DNA from: Phoronis australis
Lineage: Eukaryota; Animalia; Phoronida
Assembly (NCBI GenBank): GCA_002633005.1
Contig: NMRA01000184.1
Location: 375,255-439,254, forward strand
DNA: 64,000 bases
Direction of reading: 5' to 3'
A program made the position numbers and the translations under genes. The notes under the pieces are model-generated. The model saw nothing but the letters and a program-made list of their open reading frames with translations, ran no database searches and was not told the DNA's origin. Positions 50,309-64,000 of this stretch are shown here, piece after piece (position 1 is the stretch's first letter; each line of letters begins with the position of its first letter).

Positions 50309-51223
50309 GGCTTATGACAATAAAAATATCTACATTTTAGACACCAGAGTTTGGTAGAAGAAAATACATTTTATGTGAGAATGCAAATATTCTGACTTCA
50401 TTTTGGCGTCATTGATTTGATATGGCGATCAAATACTGTATCAGATTTGGTTACCAAAATATGGAGAAATAAGCTATCCAAAATTAATAGTATAAAATCT
50501 TGAGATAGATATTTTGTGTTTAAAAAGCATACTCTATTTATTACCCACAGAAGTTCTAAAAATTGGACCACTTTGTCTAGCACTACAAATTATACACTGA
50601 TCTTAAGAGCAGTGTTGAATAAAAAATAAAGAACAATTTTCTTGAAATATCTTTTTGCAATCTATGCAGAACAGGCATTGGATGTTAAAAAATCAGTGCT
50701 GCCACCTCAAGTCTTGCAAATGCAATCATAGCTGCCTCACTCTGAATCTGTTCTTTCATTTCAACGATACCTGCGTGGTACTAATTTAAGATGTTTCCTA
50801 TAGTATTTCTTGTCACTACAATTAAAGCACCTTTACACTTTCAGGAAAGTCACGCGGGGACAACAAATTGGCTATAAACTTGTCTTTAGCCAAAAAACTA
50901 ACGTTTATTTAAGCCACTTACCATTACCGTCAAAAACTGACCTTGGCATGGTTTATGGACGTCAAGAGAGTAGACAATTTGTAATTGCTCGAGATGAGAC
51001 TGTACAAACTGGATTGTCACGGTGGGTCATTTCATGCACCAAACACAGTCTTGAACAACAATGAACTGTCATGTTCTCCAAGCCCAGAAACCACTCCTCA
51101 TCTAAGTTAGGAACAAGTCACGATCAGTTTTACAGCTGCATATGATCTAAATCAAAAGTTAGTTTCTTCCATGAAAGTTGGGTTCGTAAGCACTTGAACA
51201 CAACGGGAGTCTAAGTGCAGTCA

Positions 51224-51489
51224 CTAGGAGGCATCACTGCTGTTGTCGAGTGATTTCCGTGAGGAATTACTTGACTTGTGTTTCTTGCTGTCGATATGTT
51301 GAGCAAACTGACCCTCTGTCTGCAGCGTCACGTTACAGCAGCTGCAATAGAACTTCCCGCTCGGCGTTCGATACATGGTGAAGTCGCGACGACGCTTTTT
51401 GCTCATAGGAGGCGACAGCGAAAACGGGGCACCCTCACTGCTACCAAATGGTCGTCGTGCCAATGAGTTCTGTATAACACTAGCATTGA
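51224..51489 (-). CDS. ZMAT3: Last coding exon of a ZMAT3/Wig-1-like matrin-type C2H2 zinc-finger RNA-binding protein
   Basis: Strong acceptor TTTTCTTTGTTTTTCCAG, phase 1, TAG at 51224-26; KKRRRDFTMYRTPSGKFYCSCCNVTLQTEGQFAQHIDSKKHK resembles the C-terminal finger of ZMAT3 (TPSGQFYCSMCNV...FRQHLESKQHK, from memory), preceded by a basic NLS-like stretch. Confidence 0.8.
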
Positions 51490-51848
51490 CTGGAAAAACA
51501 AAGAAAATGTTTGACGACCTTTTTGTTACCCATGGAAAGATTAAAGGAATAATCACGTGGAGTTCTCAAGGTCTAACCAACAGGGTACAAATTATAAATT
51601 TCAATGATTATCTTTTAATCTCATAAATACTTCAAATTAAAGCATTCTGTTAGCAATTAAAATATATTAGCAAAGGTATTTAAAGAATTTTTTTTGTTTC
51701 ATAACATGTACTGGTTGAATAGGACGTACCAAATAGTGAAAAATACAATATTTTACAAGCTATTTTTGAATTTCAAAATGATGCTTACACCTTGTATTTT
51801 ACACCGTTATAACTAACTATAGTCAGCAAGAATTAAAATCCTACCAAA

Positions 51849-52346
51849 GAATCACTTGTTATTATTCTCATCAATGTGGAATCACTTATTATTCTCATCA
51901 ATGTGGAATCTCTTGTTATTATTCTCGTCAACGTGTAATCACTTGTTATTATTCTCATCAAAGTGGAATCGCTCGCTATTATTATCAACGTGGAATCGCT
52001 CGTTATTATTCTCACCAACGTGGAATCACTCGTTATTATTCTCACCAACGTGGAATCACTTGTCATTATTCTCACCAACGTGGAATCACTTGTCATTGAT
52101 CTCACCAACTTGGAATCACTTGTCATTATTCTCATCAACGTGGAATCACTTGTCATTATTCTCATCAACGTGGAATCACTTGTCATTATTCTCATCAACG
52201 TGGAATCAGTTGTCATTATTCTCATCAACGTGGAATCACTTGTCATTATTCTCATCAACGTGGAATCACTTGTTATTATTCTCATCAACGTGGAATCACT
52301 TGTTTTTATTCTCAGCATGAAATTACTTATTATTCTCATCAACGTG
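51849..52346. repeat. 30-bp minisatellite (~16 copies, GAATCACTTGTCATTATTCTCATCAACGTG)
   Basis: Directly visible tandem array with some 27-bp variant units; explains the three overlapping repetitive ORFs. Confidence 0.97.
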
Positions 52347-55146
52347 AAATTTTGTACTGTAAAATCTCAACAATTTAGACAACAACATGGCAGACATTGG
52401 AAATTTTGTTTTCTTCAATTTTCTTCATGAAAGACAAGCACCACCAAAAATGCTTTATTCTTTTTAAGTTCCACAAACCAGACAATCTTTTGAGAAATTG
52501 TGGGCATTCCCAACAATGTATTAAGCCTTTGAAAAAATGAATATCATTTTTCCAATGTATACGTCTGAAACTAGTGAGATTTAATAGTATTATGCATCCC
52601 GTTGGTCGAGTTATTTTAACTAAACTCCATGATGTCTTTGATTGATAAACAACCAAAGTTACATAAGAAGATAGGGTTAAACTTTTTACAATAGGTCAAG
52701 CCATCCTTCATCCAGCTACTGTATTAGGGCTCACAAAAGACAAAATGTTCAACAAAACATCAGACTATTGTAGACAGGAAATATATCCGGCTAAAGGAGC
52801 TACAGAAGAGCAATATTCCCATATATCCTATGATTCAACTGCCACAATTATCGAACACAAAATAATAGCTGAACAAAAACCTGGCACCTGTTATGTAATG
52901 ACGCTTTAACTCAATTGGTCCAAGGCTTAGCCACACAATGGTCATCAGACTGGCAAGTGACCATCTTGAAATTGGTCAATACAGCTTAAAGAGCTCACAG
53001 TGTTAGTGAGTGAATGTGTCTTAATATGCACTTGGAAAACAAAAAGACAGAGCTCCATATTCACAGGAACTTTGCCTTATCCCGGTTTAAAGGATTCATT
53101 ATTATTGAAGACTGTGACCGCTTATAGACCACTCATTGCAGTTTCCAAATCGAGCACAAAAGAGACAAAATTGCCATCTTGCTGCAACACTGTGTTCACG
53201 TTCTATAGCCACGCATGTAGAATACCAACACCAGGTCTGATAAAACTTGGGCATATTCCCGCTGTGTAGTGACGAATGAGCACCGTGACCCTGGAAAAAT
53301 GGGACAAAAAATCCACCTTGCCTCTGATCTTGCTAAAAGTAATTAGGAATAAAAATTTCCCCCAATCATTTGAATTATTGTAGTACAAGTTGGAGTTCTC
53401 AGGAATATAGAAATTAAAAAGCAATGGTAGTTGAAGTCGATTATCATTTATTCAGGTAAATTAATGCACAAAGCACCAACGAGACTGATGTCAGGATATT
53501 CAATGTGAAATTATGTACAACATTGAGAAAGCTCTTGTGGCAATAATTGCTGTAGAAAGATTCATTCCATAATGAAGTTTTGATTTCTGACAATTAAACC
53601 CTTAACTGATATGGACACTACAGCCTCAAAGAACCTTTTTAACAAGGACACATCTATGGAACTTAATTACATTCTACTTCCAATAATTTTATTCTCAAAA
53701 CACCAAAATGCATATATGTCCCTGAAAGCAATACCCGCAATGAAATGAGTCAACAATCCTAGGAACAGCGGCATAAAAAGCACAGTCACATTATACAAGT
53801 GAATTCCATACTACTAAAAAGCCGGCTTCATATTCCAGATATTTCCTTTGTTGTTGACAAACAATAGAGCGCAAATAGATTCAGCATGAGACGTCAACAA
53901 TGGAGAATTATGACCCGTTGACATTTGGACAACAATAACCTTCTCCGGAACCGGCTGGGAGTTTTACAAGTTCTAAATCTGAGCAGATCAAGCTGTGACT
54001 CAGTCCAACAAGTGCTCTACACCTGAATGTTGCCAATAAACCACCCTGCTGTATCAGGCACAACAAACACAGCAGGGCAAGCCCTAAGTCCAGCACTTGA
54101 CATCCTTGGGTGCTGAGTCAATAATGGTCAATAAATATCATAGTACCTGAATGACCCCTGAAGGAACAGATAGATATTAAACCATGCCCACTGGTCACAA
54201 GTTATCCAGGTAATAATTACAATTACATAACACTGACTATTATAATATCACTTAGCTTAATGCCGACTAATAAAATACAAAAATACAAGAATTTGCAAAG
54301 GCAAATGAACGCAACCAGGTTAAGACAGGTTAGATGAAGTTGTATCCTAATAAATTTTGACTTTCCTATGAATCTGTAATGTTTTACATTGCTTCCAAAT
54401 TATTTTAGTATATGCAGACATTGCAAAAGCATTTACAAAAACTCAGCAAAATGTATTGAATTTTGCTCATCATCTAGAATGCATCCAAACTCTCCAAAAC
54501 ACATGAACAAAAAAGTTCAGTTGTAAACTCGACCAAACGATAAGACGAACAGTCAAGTTTCCATAAACATAAAATGTGCCAGCAAACACTTGAAAAATTT
54601 TATTTGTTCAGAGTTCCGTTGCACAGTCATTTCCTCCTAACAAACTGGACTCAAGAAATCGGTTTTAGAGAAGCACATTGAAATTATATTTGAGCTACCA
54701 GGAGCTGGGATTGAGTTAAACAGGTTCTTATAGAACAAACAGCTCAGGGCTGGTAAACTTCCTGTTGGCACGAGACCCATTGTGTCCAAATTCACAAGAC
54801 AAACAGAGGAGGCATGGATCTAGGAGTCAGTTTTGATTAGCGATTCCCTTTCAACTCAATTGTCAAGCATTCTCAGTTCTGTGAGTGGCTTATTCAGGTA
54901 TGATCTAACCTCCTGGAAGAGGTCTGTTTTTCTAATGGATCTCCGCCTCAACACAACACAGGTGACGTTGCATAACGTGAGTCACTTACTCAGCCATGAA
55001 TGACAACAAAGAGAAGAAAAGAGAAAAACAAGTACATAAAATTCAACATCAAAACGCCTTGAACATCCACCTGTGATAACATATGACCTAAAAACAACCA
55101 CAAAAATCATACAGTTAGTACTGATGTGAACAAACTGAAAACAGAA

Positions 55147-55437
55147 CTGAATTATCTTTCTTTAAGTCACCTAGCCTTCAAAACATTTCTGGTAATACAA
55201 ATTATTTGAGTTATTAGAAAAAATCTGAATTATTTTAAAGACATCTTCCTTGTTTAAGTCACCTAGCCTTCAAAATATTTCAGGTAACACAAATTATTTG
55301 AGTAATTAGAAACAAAAAACTGGATTATTTTAAAGACATCTTCCTTGTTTAAGTCACCTAGCCTTCAAAACATTTCAGGTAATACAAGTTATTTGAGTTA
55401 TTAGAAAAAAATCTGGATTATTTTAATGACCTCTTCC
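55147..55437. repeat. ~94-bp tandem repeat, 3 copies
   Basis: TTTAAGTCACCTAGCCTTCAAAA...TTATTTGAGT.ATTAGAAA occurs three times. Confidence 0.92.
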
Positions 55438-57677
55438 ACCTCCAAGCAAAAATGTTAAGAATTTACAATTTCTGAAATTATTAAATCAAACTTTCTAAAT
55501 CTAGAAGAATTTCAGGTATTCATATCTGTAAGCACAATTCAGCAAATGGCGCTGAAACACTCCCAAACAGGCAGCTGCAGATGGTTATACTTTCACAAAT
55601 CATAATTATGTTTTTTTTCAATATAGTGATGGTCCAATGAAGTAAGCTGTGTTGCTGAAGATTTCCACAACCGACTTTCCCTAGAGGATACTTCGACAAA
55701 GAAACTTTTTGACTCCAAAACTCCATTGGAAAAAGTGGTGAGACTCCAAATACCATAAAAGATGAATTTGTCAGCAGTTTAGATTCTCAAAGAAGTTTCA
55801 CAAAGCCTCATTTAACAAGTGAGGTATTATTTAAGGGCGCTTTTAAGCACCAAAAATTGAGAAATGCCTACACTTTCCACATATATGTGGGTGCCCTGTC
55901 CCAGGTACGTAAAATTCTTGAAAAAGCCTACATGGGAGCTTTTTCTTGGTGGGAGCTCTTTCAGAAACCCACGGCTGTAATGGGAATGTTTGTTGTACAG
56001 CACCACCTACACTTCATATGAGATGTGGATGAAGATGTATGCCATCAACCTACAACTGTTAGTGAAACAGATTAAGAGGTAACATTACATAAATATCTAC
56101 ACATGAATGGAATTACGTTTTGATAAAATCAAAAAATATGAGACAGGATCACGCAAGGATGTCTGCTTACGCACTCTCACAAAACTTCAGAATTTCTCCT
56201 ACTTACGCCCATGTTTATTATCACAGTCAATCACCATACAAAGTCCAGTCACCAGCAGGGCCCAAAACACAATAAACAGGTTCCCTAAATTGGAAGCACC
56301 ATTGGTCCAGTGGAGAAGACAAACAATACAGTGGGCCATCACAACAAGAGGCAAAGTATCAAAAGAAATGTATCTAAGGGTTTTAAACGAGGAAAAAGAA
56401 AGAAAAACATTGGAGGTAAACAATACAACACTTTCAACTCCAATGGCATAAATTAAATGTGTATTTCACATGAATAAAAATATTTATGTTAATGCAAGCA
56501 AATGCATGACAAAACTGCAAGTACACAAAAACACCAGGAATAATTTTATTGAGATACATTTTAATCCCAAGCTGAATAATACCCAGCTTATTCAATGCGC
56601 TCCGTTTTCACCCCGTGTTGGGGGTTGTTGCTATTCAAGCAGTTGGGTAGAACAGAGGGTTGAAAACACAATAATACGCCCAATCTACTGCCTGTAAACA
56701 AAAACCAATGCCAATGAAAATCGACCTTCTCATAGTAGTCCCACCAAAGAAATTCATTGAAAACTTGAACTCTAAAACCATTTAGTACCTTTCAAAAGAA
56801 ACTGGACAAAGTCAGAATTCGACAAAGTTTCGACGCATAAAATTGTGGCTAAAAATCAATTTCTTTTCTTGTATAATTCGTTTCAATGCTGGCGGCTACA
56901 GCTTCCCAAAATGTCAACAGGTGGTGTTGCTCCATGCACTTCCTTGAAATTTCAACAACTTACAGCACAAGGCCATTCACATATAAACAGTCAGTGGTTT
57001 GGGTCAATAACATTACAGTAAACTAACTTTCAACAAAAACTAGGTATTTCACTGGATAGACAAAGGTTCAACCAAACTGCCAAACAATTCTGGCAAGAGG
57101 TTTGTCATAGTTCCACGGGAGAGTATCAGAGTCCTGGGAGTCTATCACGGTCCATCCAGTTTATTTTTGAAAACTACCACAGAGCCACTGCCCCTGTTTC
57201 CCTCATCACAGACTGGAACACACACATGCTTAAAAAGACATTTTTTATCCTGTCCAATTTAGTCATTAGTTGTCAGACTTTTGTTTGACTACTATATCAA
57301 CAAAGGAAACTCCACAAAAACAACACATCCAGTATACTAAACATGTTGTCAATAATTAAAATGCATTACTTCATTAATCAAAGTTGACCAGCGGCACCTG
57401 TGATTACCCTTATATAGTAAATGCCTCCAGGCCTGATAGGGCGTGTACAATAAAGGGTTCATAGTGTACAATAAAGAGTTCATAGAGTAAAACAAAAACC
57501 GGTATTGTACCATGGGACTACTGGCCCTAAGCAACACATGTCAGATACAATACTTCATGAATAATGATAAAAAACGCTGACCTATCTTAATACTGAGCTC
57601 CCTTTAGCACACAATATGTACATATATCAATTAGTGAAACACAAATTTTCCTAAAGGGTCATTTATGGCCAGCAAGT

Positions 57678-57987
57678 AGTTTTCTGAAATTATGTAAAGC
57701 TCGCAGTTAAACCTGGAAGCCTAGCAGTCTGCAGAAGGAGCTAAATCCCATTTCAAAAATGGCAGACTATTTTAAAAGTATTTTATTGGTTAATTCACTG
57801 ACCTTGATTTCAACTATGGTTGGCAGAGAATGGCAGCAATTGCTGTATTGTACTAAAATCACAAAAACACAACACACTTTACTATTTTAGAGCTCTGGTC
57901 AAAGATAACAACTTCAAGCTGACAGTAGCATCTAACAGTACTCCCAAAAATGTGTTTTCCAGCAGTAAAACCTGTAATGTCCCTTTA
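57678..57987 (-). mobile_element. Family B repeat copy in the ZMAT3-like last intron
   Basis: Same conserved blocks; ends in TGTCCCTTTAA. Confidence 0.7.
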
Positions 57988-60900
57988 ATGATGTTCATGA
58001 GATTCCTGTTTGAGAAGACGGCTTGGCTGTAATCAATTCATTTGAAAAAAGGATTAATTCCCAAAAATGTGTAAAGATTGAAAAAGCATTGCTTGTTGCA
58101 AAGCTGATAGAACTAAAAATGATACCATGAGGCTGTTTTCTTCAGATTTTAATGCTTTCGTAATCTGACAACCACATCAATTCAAAATAAAATTCTGCAA
58201 CATTATTTTAAACACAACACATAATTATAATAACAATTTTTATATTTACTAAAAAATTATAAATAAAATAAAAATTCATGTTGCTTTTATTTGAAGCCAC
58301 GTGCAATGCCACCTCCAGGACCCTCGGAAACTGGTGTGGAGAGAAATCATGATTAACTCTCATTAGTTTGTGTTGAGATTAACTTATATTAAATTTTTAA
58401 TTGAACTGAAGTCCAAGGAGCATTTGATGTAGAAAAATCATGCACTTATCAAACTGAATTTTACAATAATTAACTGTAATAATTCAATGAGCTTAGAATG
58501 AAAAGAAACAATGAAGTGAACAGTCTCTGCGAATTGGTAAAGAGAAACATCTAGAAAAGTAGAATTTCCCCGATTTTTTAACACTAAGAAGAAAGAGCAT
58601 TGACTAAATTACTTTTCTAAATAATAAAGTTTCAAAACAAAAGACAATCCTTCAGTTTCAAAAATAATAACTCTCAGTATACAAGTTTGATGAAATTTTA
58701 ATACTGGTTCTGTTTTAAAAAGCTTTAAAGACCAGCAGCAACTTAAAATTACTTATGTCATATAGATTCAACAAAATCTGAAACTTTCAAAAGTTTCTTT
58801 TTGTTAACTTTTCACTTGTCAATAAATTTTCAACCCACGTGACAAACTGACAGACAGCAGACCACACTTGTTCATAATATTTCTTGCATGAGAGCTTATT
58901 TTTATCAGTAGACTTCCATCACCCAAGGGGACGCACCCACAAACCCTGATTAATATTGTATGCACCTGTCTTTTCCATTCTAAAGGCTGATCAGGATGAA
59001 TTAAATAAGATACATTTGAAACGGATAGAATTACCCTGGCTATATGAGCATATGTTGCATTTTCAAGTGAACTGTTTAGAATGTGCCCACAGCTACAAAA
59101 AATACCACTGCATCATCTCGACCTACCTGATTATGGAGTTCAAAACATTGTGATTACTGATCAAACGCGGCTATGGTGGTGTAATTGCGATACAGAGTTA
59201 CTTCAGAATTATTACCATGCCAACAGAAAGGAATGAATTGCCGGTGCGCAGTGGTGGTGTTATAAGACCAAAGATGACTTGTTAATTCAATAAAGCCCTG
59301 CAATAAATATAAGAAGACAGGTTCACAACAGGTCTAAGACAAGAACCTCCTGGGGACAGAGACTTATAATCCAGACCTAATGTAGATCAGGGCCCACCAC
59401 AGCCATACTTGAGACTCGCCTTAACTGCCCCGTCGGATCACGTGAAGCTGGAAAATCACAAGCCATTTGTCAACTTTTGAGTCAAACTTAAGAACAAAAT
59501 TTGGTAGGCTTAAGTCTCATGTGCTGGAAGGCCCTTCTCTCTAAAGAAGCAACACTGCACGACATACCTGTAAGATGCCCGCTGTCCTCAAGTGATATGG
59601 TATACATACAATAAGGAAACCAAAAAACTAAAAGTTTCCATACAAAAATTAGGACAAATACATCAACTTTTACAGCAATTAAGCAACACTACTATGAATA
59701 TCGAACCTGAAATTTTATTAGCTTGGTATGAAGAAATAACCGACTGTCAAGTATTCCCCACTCCTGGAATCACTTTGGATCTGATTAAAGAACAAGATAA
59801 ACAAATTTTACAATGGTGAGTGGCCTAAACCAAAAACCTTCTATCAGGAAGCACTGGTTTGATGCCATTTTAACTGTACACAGTTATTTTACATAATGCC
59901 ACTTTACAACTGAAAGAAAATAAAGGCTAAGGGGAGGGGGGGTGGATTCAACTTTGGGGGGTGTAAGTCAAAATAAAGAATCATCTTATACCAATACTCA
60001 TCAAACGAAAAATCAAGATTTCTGTCATCCTATGCACAATTGAATTGTAGTGTGTTTTCTAAGAACCACATAATTCACTACTGCCCCTGCACCAAACACT
60101 CATTCACTGAGACAGAGAAGTCAAAGCAGTAATTTGCATTATCACATTAGTGCATGCCATGTCCACAGTGAGCTACAACGTAGTTCATGCAGTACCAGGT
60201 GGAATAAAATCCCAGCTTGTTTTTAACCAGTATTGATGTGTTCATCATAAAAGTCAAGTGAATTATGTTGATATGGTTAACATATGCTAATCATTACCCA
60301 TAGTTAGCCACATACATAAAATAGCAGTGAAACAGAGCTGGTAAGTTGAGACATGAACAGAGAGGAAGTAATTGCCCATAGCAGCAGTTTTATTCTCCTA
60401 ATTTATTCCACATACTGAGATAGGGTACTTCCTTAGAAATGGTATACCCACAAGACTGTTCTACTCAAAAGGGTGACATTTTCACAATCAGTTTTCAAAA
60501 TGGTGATTTTATACCAAAATTTGCTAAGAATGGTAGCATTTTCTGAATTAATTCCTAACAAAGGGTTCATTTTGCATGAGACAATTCCTAAGCTCACATT
60601 TGGGATTTTGTTAACCCTAACGCCTAAGCAAGCCTAAGCCAGACTGCGACTAACCCACCTTAATTGATTAAAAAATTAATGCTCGTGGCTTAGCCGCGAT
60701 ACTGAAGAAAACCTATTCGCTAATTTCTCTTATAATTCATCGACTTTAAAATTCAAAGACGGTTACTATTTACTTTTCAATTTTAAAAACAGTCACGTTG
60801 GTTGTGTGCTTGTTGGTGTTTTATTTTCTGACTTTGAAACTCGTACGCTAAACAGGCATGTTGGAATTCGACCACAAATATCTCATCCAGCACGTTCAGC

Positions 60901-63900
60901 CAAGGCCATGAAGAGCGACTAGCTCACTCCACTCCCTGACGAAGCCATCAAGCCTTTGATGTGCCAAGGACTCTGGATACTCTGGGGGTAAACAGTGTAC
61001 GATTTCTCATCCACTTGTGTGCAAATCCTGTTAGCGTAAGATTTGCCTAATGGGAAGTTATACTTTAAGCAAGAGATTGTTTCTCCAACAACGTAAATCT
61101 ACAGAAAGGTCACTGCTGTGCAGTAAAGTTTCTTCAGTCTCAAAAATTTGGGACAGAAATTCAAACAGTTTTCTTGATTCATGGCCAATCTTAGTGTTCA
61201 TCATGCATCTTTCTCAAATTTCGGACATGCGCTGTGTATCTGAAAATAAGTAGACTTGGTAGTTCATAAAATCATCAAAAATAGTTGCCGATGCAACATT
61301 TTTATCCGTCCTAACATTATGTAACATCGAGGTGAATGCTCATTTGTGACTGATCCAAATTCTCAATCTTGAGACCACAAATACCAAACTATTTTTAAAA
61401 CTTGGTACAATCTCTGAGTACCTTATGCAAAATAATCGATTTCCACTGTACCAAACTGGAGAATTTTCACTATAATATCAGTTATGTTTTCAAAAATTTG
61501 GTTGCAAAAATGTTGTTGACATCTCTTACTGCCTTGGATTGCAAAGGTTAAGAACTCTAGGTTATGAAACAGTTAACTTTATGGACTTAACCTATACAAA
61601 AAGTGCCATTTCTGGAACAAAACCTTACTCAAAGATGCCGACTCTTTGCTGGAAGCTCCCTGCGTCATCCTGAGCAACAGAAAATTGTTAATTTTTGGGA
61701 CCAACAAAATAAAATGGACGCAAAGAACAGAAGTACATTAATTTAACAGAAGCCACTAAAATCTAGGGACCCAGCAAAGTGCTTGGAATGTATCAATGAG
61801 CATGTTTAGTTTTAGATTTCCAATCAAAATATTTCTGTTAAATCTTGTAAAACACTTTAATGAGACTATGCTAGCAATGGCTATTGTACTTAGTGGCATT
61901 TACACATAGATTTGTGTGCCAAAGGTAGCATGTGACTGTCTTTACATTAGAACCTCTCCACCAAAAAACAGACCTCGATTCCTGGAACACCTGACAACAC
62001 GTGCAGAGCCCCATACAACCAAGGTGAACCCAATGGACAAGCGCCAATGGCAGAGAGTACGATGGAGCGTGGGAAACTGGCATCCAGTTGTAACTGTTGG
62101 CATTTTTACTCTACAGTAAAGATGGTGAACAGGTGAGAGCTATTAGAGGTCGGTTGAGGATGACTACCATCGACTGGATGAATAATTCAGTTGTTGGGCT
62201 TGTAAACACTCAACTGCACCTCAACAGACCAGAAGATGGTCTTTACAAACTAATTTACCATACAGGAAGGCATGAAGTACCAATACTTTGCCATCTTAAA
62301 AGTTTTATACCAAAGCTACAACCAGGCAATGTTTTGAAAAACTGTGGGCACTAACAACAATCTTAGATGCTTCCGAAAAATAAAAACAGGCAATTTTTGC
62401 AATTCTTTATGTTTGAAATTGGTCCATGTGACGGGCTGCATCGCTACTAGTTGAACCGCAACTAGAATATGAAACAATACATTGCCAAAAATGTTGAGTG
62501 CTAAAAGATTAGACCGGCTATTTTATCAAAAACAAACAAATAATGGCATGTTATGTGTTTGCACTAGATTGGTGGTTAAAAACATCAGACGGAATGGTTA
62601 ACATTATTGGCTGTCATAAAACAGAAGAAACATAAAAGAACTCGTAAAATGTCGAAGGCAATGTTGACAATGCCCACGCTGGGGTGTGTGTATGGAACTG
62701 CCAAAAAAGGGGCACTATCCACTGGAAATGTATTTTCCTGCAAGACAGTAAAACCATGTGTTCTGACTAAATAATCACACAATAGTACTTTTAAAGTACA
62801 GCTCAACACGCGACATTTCTGTTGGGCACAGATTTTTTATGATGGCTAAATTCTCCTTCACAACTACTCTATAATAGTTATCACCCTATTTAAGCAATGG
62901 CACTAATTTCAGAAATGGGGCATTTGACTTGAAATCGGCAAATACTTGAGCGATTCACTTTTTCCACAGGAAACGATGAGAAGAACTCTCTGCAGCTCCC
63001 AAAGCTCTCGTACATCAAAGACCGTTGGCCAATCTCACCACTTTGGTTGTGTTTGGTAAAACCACTTAAGCTTGGCATACCCAGCATCATCTGCCTTTGA
63101 TACCACTTAATGTACTCAACACATTATTGGAAAACATGAAAGATGGGAAAATCTTAGGATCAGATCAAACTATCAGCACACTATTGAGCTATGTGTCCAC
63201 ACTAGTTCTACATAAAAACAGATTACGCTAAAATCTTACCATTTTCAGACAAAAATAAAAGGCAAATTTACTTTTTACATTTTTCAAAAGCTTCTAACAC
63301 TGTTGTGAATGCCTTTCGATTTACAAAATAATGTCTGGTGGAAGCTGGCGTACAGAATTTAAACACGGACAAGCATTGATTTGGTGTGGTATATTTTCTT
63401 TGAGAAAACAAAATGAAATTTCACTAGTCCGCTATATTGTTTCCTAAATTGGCGAGATGTTAACCATACTATTTTGCCAAGACAAAAACTGGCAGTAAAA
63501 AGCGTTCATTTATTCGGTATTGCCATGTGTTCACAACTATTTTATACAGAACTATGTAAATGCATAGGCTACTGGCAAGGTTCAGCTTTTTGAAAGCAAA
63601 ATCCATATCAGACTGGACCTCAAATACTGCAGCCCAACAAAATTATAACAAAGAATATCTGGTGAACAGCACTTTTTCCCATGTGAAATTTAGTGGAAGT
63701 AATCCGGCTCTTTTTCCGCTAAAATTTCAAATGGAAAAATATTTGCATTGGGACAAGATTTATCTGGTATTCTGAATTCCCCAAATTTGCCTGGACTAGT
63801 ACCTAAAATTTTATACACGAGTTACCGTTTGTTTAATCAATGTAGTATAGCGCCAAAGCATGCCAAAAAGGAGCGACAAAAATATCGATATTCCAGCACT

Positions 63901-64000
63901 ATTGTTATGCCTTGCAACAATAAGGAAATCGCCACACATCCTCGTGTCCTTTCCTAGTTTATTCTAAGAAAATTAATTAATTGTCGTTTTATTAAGCCCA

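Noticed and set aside
51833-52430. Three long repetitive ORFs (TSDSTLMRII / WNHLSLFSST / VESLVIILIN repeats)
   Set aside because: Products of a 30-bp minisatellite open in several frames on both strands; the 27-bp variants reflect TTA slippage; the array lies in the ZMAT3-like intron. It is not a CRISPR array, since there are no unique spacers.
54074-54085. p53 half-site GGGCAAGCCC in the ZMAT3-like intron (vertebrate ZMAT3 is a p53 target)
   Set aside because: Single half-site without an adjacent partner; expected by chance in 64 kb.
54960-55035. Long minus-strand pyrimidine tract followed by GA|GTAAGT (recursive splice site or micro-exon?)
   Set aside because: No AG precedes the donor and it is not an AG|GT junction, so no exon can be defined.
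60420-60650. Degenerate ~30-bp AAxGGT periodicity and TAACCCTAA-like motifs
   Set aside because: Too decayed to define a unit or ends; probably an old transposon remnant, not telomeric repeat.
60928-61027. Possible upstream exon of the ZMAT3-like gene (CTAACAG...GTGAGC, 100 nt)
   Set aside because: Weak pyrimidine tract, no zinc-finger similarity, and its only open frame ends in phase 0 whereas the last exon needs phase 1.

Overview
AT-rich animal (invertebrate-type) genomic DNA with two minus-strand, intron-rich genes in tandem. (1) An Eph receptor tyrosine kinase: 11 phase-compatible GT-AG exons reconstructed by hand from ATG 41830 down to 152 (722 codons: signal peptide, ephrin-binding domain, Cys-rich region, 2 FN3, TM, juxtamembrane [10 protein letters not shown], kinase N-lobe). 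The gene runs off the left edge, and four of its exons are not represented as such in the ORF track. (2) The last coding exon and probable ~3.7 kb 3'UTR of a ZMAT3/Wig-1-like matrin zinc-finger gene; its upstream exons seem to lie beyond 64000. A CpG-richer intergenic/promoter block lies between them (~41.8-47.5 kb). Mobile and repeat DNA: a Penelope-like GIY-YIG remnant with a minimal hammerhead ribozyme, several MITE families, minisatellites and a probable haplotype duplication at an N. The most interesting signal is in the Eph juxtamembrane intron (1154-4368): a frame-preserving 45-nt cassette exon encoding LPPPP, surrounded by G.U-compatible RNA duplexes (one potentially competing), local hairpins and an RBFOX motif cluster. 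All calls were made by eye; no database search or folding program was run.
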